Assembly: GCA_964016885.1 (NCBI GenBank)
Contig: OZ024746.1
Span: 50,840,001 to 50,904,000, forward strand
Source of the DNA: Eledone cirrhosa
Lineage: Eukaryota
Length of the DNA stretch: 64,000 bases
Direction of reading: 5' to 3'
Shown: positions 60,338 through 64,000 of the stretch, piece by piece
Position numbering within the stretch: position 1 is the first letter of the stretch
Layout of the letters: every line of letters starts with the position of its first letter
Program-made: the position numbers and the translations under genes
The notes under the pieces: generated by a model
Told to the model about the DNA's origin: nothing
What the model saw: only the letters and a program-made list of their open reading frames with translations
Database searches by the model: none

Positions 60338-62345
60338 TTATTCAGTGATTTTTAACATACTTGACCTCCTTTTCAACACAAGAGACATATAGAAACATAT
60401 GTATATATTGACCCACTGTGGGTTGACATCCATTATAATAATATAGCATGGTAATTTACATACAAAGATTACAGTCATATTAAAGGACAAAATAAAAATA
60501 AAAATAAAAATAAAACATTGGCAGTCTACTAAGATAAAGCAAAAGAAAAGTGTATGCAACAGTCACACGTGTGGCATGCACGCGTGTCCTATTTATACAA
60601 GATTATAGTGCGGCAGATTGTTACAAGTAAAACAAGCAGTCAAAGCAGGCAATCAAGAGCATCATGGGGTGAACTGGTTAAGCATTATTTACACACACCT
60701 GTACGATATAGAAGCCCGTGTGTGGAGAAACACCAAAAATATCAAAAATATTACAAATGAGAAGCAAAACAGCACCACTGTCCTCGTACACACCATCACT
60801 CTCACAATCCAGGAAACGCAATTTATAGACTACATGCCCATCTCACAATCCATGATGATTCAACATTGGGTGCCTGGTGAACCATGCTAGAACATTTCAG
60901 CTTGTCATTCTTTAATTCGATTCATAGATCAGGTTGTTTTTGTTGTGAGAGATGACATCGTATTATATTCCGGAAGTGTGTGTGTGATTAAGGGGAGTTA
61001 ATGCGTAAGGGGAGGTAACTAGCTTATTTCTATAGTTAAATTTATTATCCTAAAGTACATTAATGGTATCTCAAATGAGTTCCCATCATATAAGGTTATA
61101 AACAATTTCTAAATTTAAGTCTCTTATCTATAAATTACAGTGTAGTCTATCGAGAAGTACTAAAAGTGTTCATATTAGGATGAATACCCTCTATCATAGA
61201 GTGCCCCCACCGAACATTCCACATGAAGAGTCAGATCTCCAAATCAATGATCTTTGTAAGTGTAGTCCACCCGCAGGGCCTGGCAGGGTCTTATTAGAAT
61301 CACTTCTATATATGACTCCTGGTAAGTTCTGGGTCATTGCATGACTGATTGCATGGCAAAGTTAAATATCACTAGGGTAGTCCAGAGATCAATTCTCACA
61401 TACAAAGACACTGAACTGACCATCAAGTCATACATGTATTTATAACTCATACATCACCTGTACATAATTCATTGCACTCAGCATCTAGATTATATAGCTC
61501 TTTTATGTTAATAAATTAATTACTTAATCTTCCATTTATCCAATGATGGCACTACATACACAGGACAATGTTAGCACAACCAATTCCGTGCTTAAAGTTT
61601 ACATTGGTGTAATGTAGTCCAAGCAATTGAAGGCCAATATACCAAAAGTAGAAGTACATGGGGATATCTCCAAGGTAAAAGGTACTAGGAGGATGTCACT
61701 ATTTGCGTTAAAGAGGACTAATGTGTGTGGAGATGAGGTGTAAGGTGTGCCCCTAGATGATTGCTGCTAGATTGGTGCTAGAGGTGTGTACGAGGACAGT
61801 GGTGCTGTTTTGCTTCTCATTTGTAATATTTTTGATATTTTTGGTGTTTCTCCACACACGGGCTACTATATCGTACGGGTGTGTGTAAATAATGCTTAAC
61901 CAATTCACCCCCATGATGCTCTTGATTGCCTGCTTTGACTGCTTGTTTTACTTGTAACAATCTGTCGCACTATAATCTTGTATAAATAGGACACGCGTAC
62001 ATGCCACACGTGTGACTGTTGCATACACTTTCCTTTTGCTTTATCTTAGTAGACTGCCAATGTTTTATTTTTATTTTTATTTTTATTTTGTCCTTTAATA
62101 TGACTGTAATCTTTGTATGTAAATTACCATGCTATATTATTATAATGGATGTCAACCCACAGTGGGTCAATATATACATATGTTTCTATATGTCTCTTGT
62201 GTTGAAAAGGAAGTCAAGTATGTTAAAAATCACTGAATAATTGCTCCGAAGACTCCAAACCGAGGTTTGGAAGAAATAATTGTAAGCAGATAAATGATTT
62301 AAACAGAACTTAGTTTCATGTAATCTCTATATATTTATATATATA

Positions 62346-63448
62346 TACTAGCAGTAAAGCCCGGCGTTGCTCGGGGTCGCTCAGTAGCTGTGTTAAAGTT
62401 ACAATGTTAAGTTTCTTTTTTGGCTTAAAGTCTGTCTGCACGACTGTCTGTCTGCACTCCTAACGAAATTTACAGATACATATATTTTAAATAAACTTAT
62501 ATAATTTTTGCTTTTTTTTACGAAATATTTGCTTGTTTTACGTAGTCTTTAAATAGACTTGTTTTCAAGTAAAAATATTGTTTTAAAAGGCTTTTAAATG
62601 GAAATGAAGCAAAACGGAAGCTTAGTGTTCGAACTGGTGAATTTTGCAGGTCAAAATTTTGCTGGCTCGACAACTGTTCGTGTATTGTGTTAATGTCATT
62701 TTAAACGCTGAGAAAGCCAGCGTAATTTTTTTAATTTTTGCACGCAGAAAATGTAAACAGAACGTAAGACGCTCAATGTAAACAGAACAAAGGGAAATAA
62801 CTCGTCACTTACGCTCAAAAATCGATACATTAGATTCGATTTCGTCACATAGGGTGGGTCAATTTGAAATATTTTTTTCCGATGTCTTCGCTAGGGCTCA
62901 ATGTAAAAGTATAGCAATTTCGGTGCAATTCCGTCAGAGATTCTAAGAGGAGATGTGTGCCAAAAATCGATAGACAGACAGACAACCACAGCTTTATATA
63001 TATAGAACAAAGGGAAATAACTCGTCACTTACGCTCAAAAATCGATACATTAGATTCAATTTCGTCACATAGGGTGGGTCAATTTGAAATATTTTTTTCC
63101 GATGTCTTCGCTAGGGCTCAATGTACAAGTATAGCAATTTCGGTGCAATTCCGTCAGAGATTCTAAGAGGAGATGTGTGCCAAAAATCGATAGACAGACA
63201 GACAACCACAGCTTTATATATATAGAACAAAGGGAAATAACTCGTCACTTACGCTCAAAAATCGATACATTAGATTCGATTTCGTCACATAGGGTGGGTC
63301 AATTTGAAATATTTTTTTTCCGATGTCTTCGCTAGGGCTCAATGTACAAGTATAGCAATTTCGGTGCAATTCCGTCAGAGATTCTAAGAGGAGATGTGTG
63401 CCAAAAATCGATAGACAGACAGACAACCACAGCTTTATATATATAGAT
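62346..63448 (+). mobile_element. Non-autonomous Helitron-like element with its 220-nt 3' end triplicated (62784, 63004, 63224)
   Basis: 5' TACTAGC..CCCGGCGTTGCTCGGG hairpin; 3' (ACAG)n followed by CTTTATATATATAGAT; this layout resembles Lep1-type non-autonomous Helitrons. Confidence 0.65.
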
Positions 63449-63468
63449 TATATTTATATATATATATT

Positions 63469-63501
<33 letters not shown>

Positions 63502-63555
63502 TTATATATATATATATTTATATATATATATATTTATATATATATATATTTATAT

Positions 63556-63588
<33 letters not shown>

Positions 63589-63770
63589 AATATATATATA
63601 TATAAATATATATATATAAATATATATATAAATATATAAATATATAAATATATAAATATATAAATATATATATATATAAATATAAATATATAAATATATA
63701 AATATAATCAGAAGATCCCGTTAAGGGTGAAAGCAGCGATTCTTTGCTTAAACTTTAATCTGTTATTTTA

Positions 63771-63833
<63 letters not shown>

Positions 63834-63835
63834 AA

Positions 63836-64000
63836 AAAGGAAAATTATTTGGTTCACACCCAGCTTCTCTCTAACTGTCAAAACTAATGTAGGAAGGAAA
63901 TTCCTTGAACTCTTAGATAAACATTTTACTCCTAATCATAGATATTATAAGATATTTAATAGGAACGTAGTTAAGATCAGTTACTCTTTTTGCCCATCTA
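63836..64000 (+). pseudogene. 5'-truncated Naiad-like ORF fragment, runs off the window end
   Basis: KRKIIWFTPSFSLTVKTNVGRKFLELLDKHFTPNHRYYKIFNRNVVKISYSF matches the RT-EN linker of families A, B, D and E. Confidence 0.85.

Larger units (their letters stand above)
56612..62332 (-). mobile_element. Naiad-like PLE family D: ORF region, direct repeats 56612-57560 / 60813-61770, inverted pLTR 61783-62332 (inverse of 60245-60794)
   Basis: Repeats seen directly; HHR-like motifs at 60289-60337 (-) and 62241-62289 (+). Confidence 0.9.

Noticed and set aside
62784-63448. CRISPR-like array (also considered for the 470-nt and 55-nt repeats)
   Set aside because: Whole units are repeated with no unique spacers; eukaryotic context; no cas genes.
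63708-63752. HHR remnant (CAGAAGA-tccc/agggt-GAAAGCA..TGCTT)
   Set aside because: The core is mutated and the 5' strand of helix I is missing; not called as a feature.

Overview
Eukaryotic, very AT-rich window, probably from an invertebrate (inference), with no recognisable host gene. It is a long (TA)n / (TA,TG)n microsatellite field packed with Penelope-like retroelements (PLEs). Most resemble the Naiad clade: RT with KDHK, FDI/LDI, MGSSDS and GLYRDD motifs, a CxC-x5-C linker and a C-terminal GIY-YIG endonuclease. There is one intact 814-aa element with ~4.7-kb direct pseudo-LTRs (pLTRs), two near-complete frameshifted families and many fragments. A second PLE lineage, CR1-like and RTE-like LINE 3' ends, a tRNA-derived SINE and a Helitron-like non-autonomous element are also present. 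By hand I folded about 30 type I hammerhead ribozyme (HHR) or HHR-like motifs, in pLTRs and in non-coding tandem units of 470, ~522, 658 and ~312 nt that look like retrozymes. Most notable: (i) many insertions have an element 3' end facing (TA)n on both sides, often from different families; (ii) one insertion starts exactly at a predicted HHR cleavage site; (iii) a UU-bulged hairpin sits 21-22 nt before the ATG in three divergent PLE families; (iv) some HHRs have a giant helix II or a recurrent U4C core variant. Folds and family assignments are by eye and need computational confirmation. Family labels A-G are my own.
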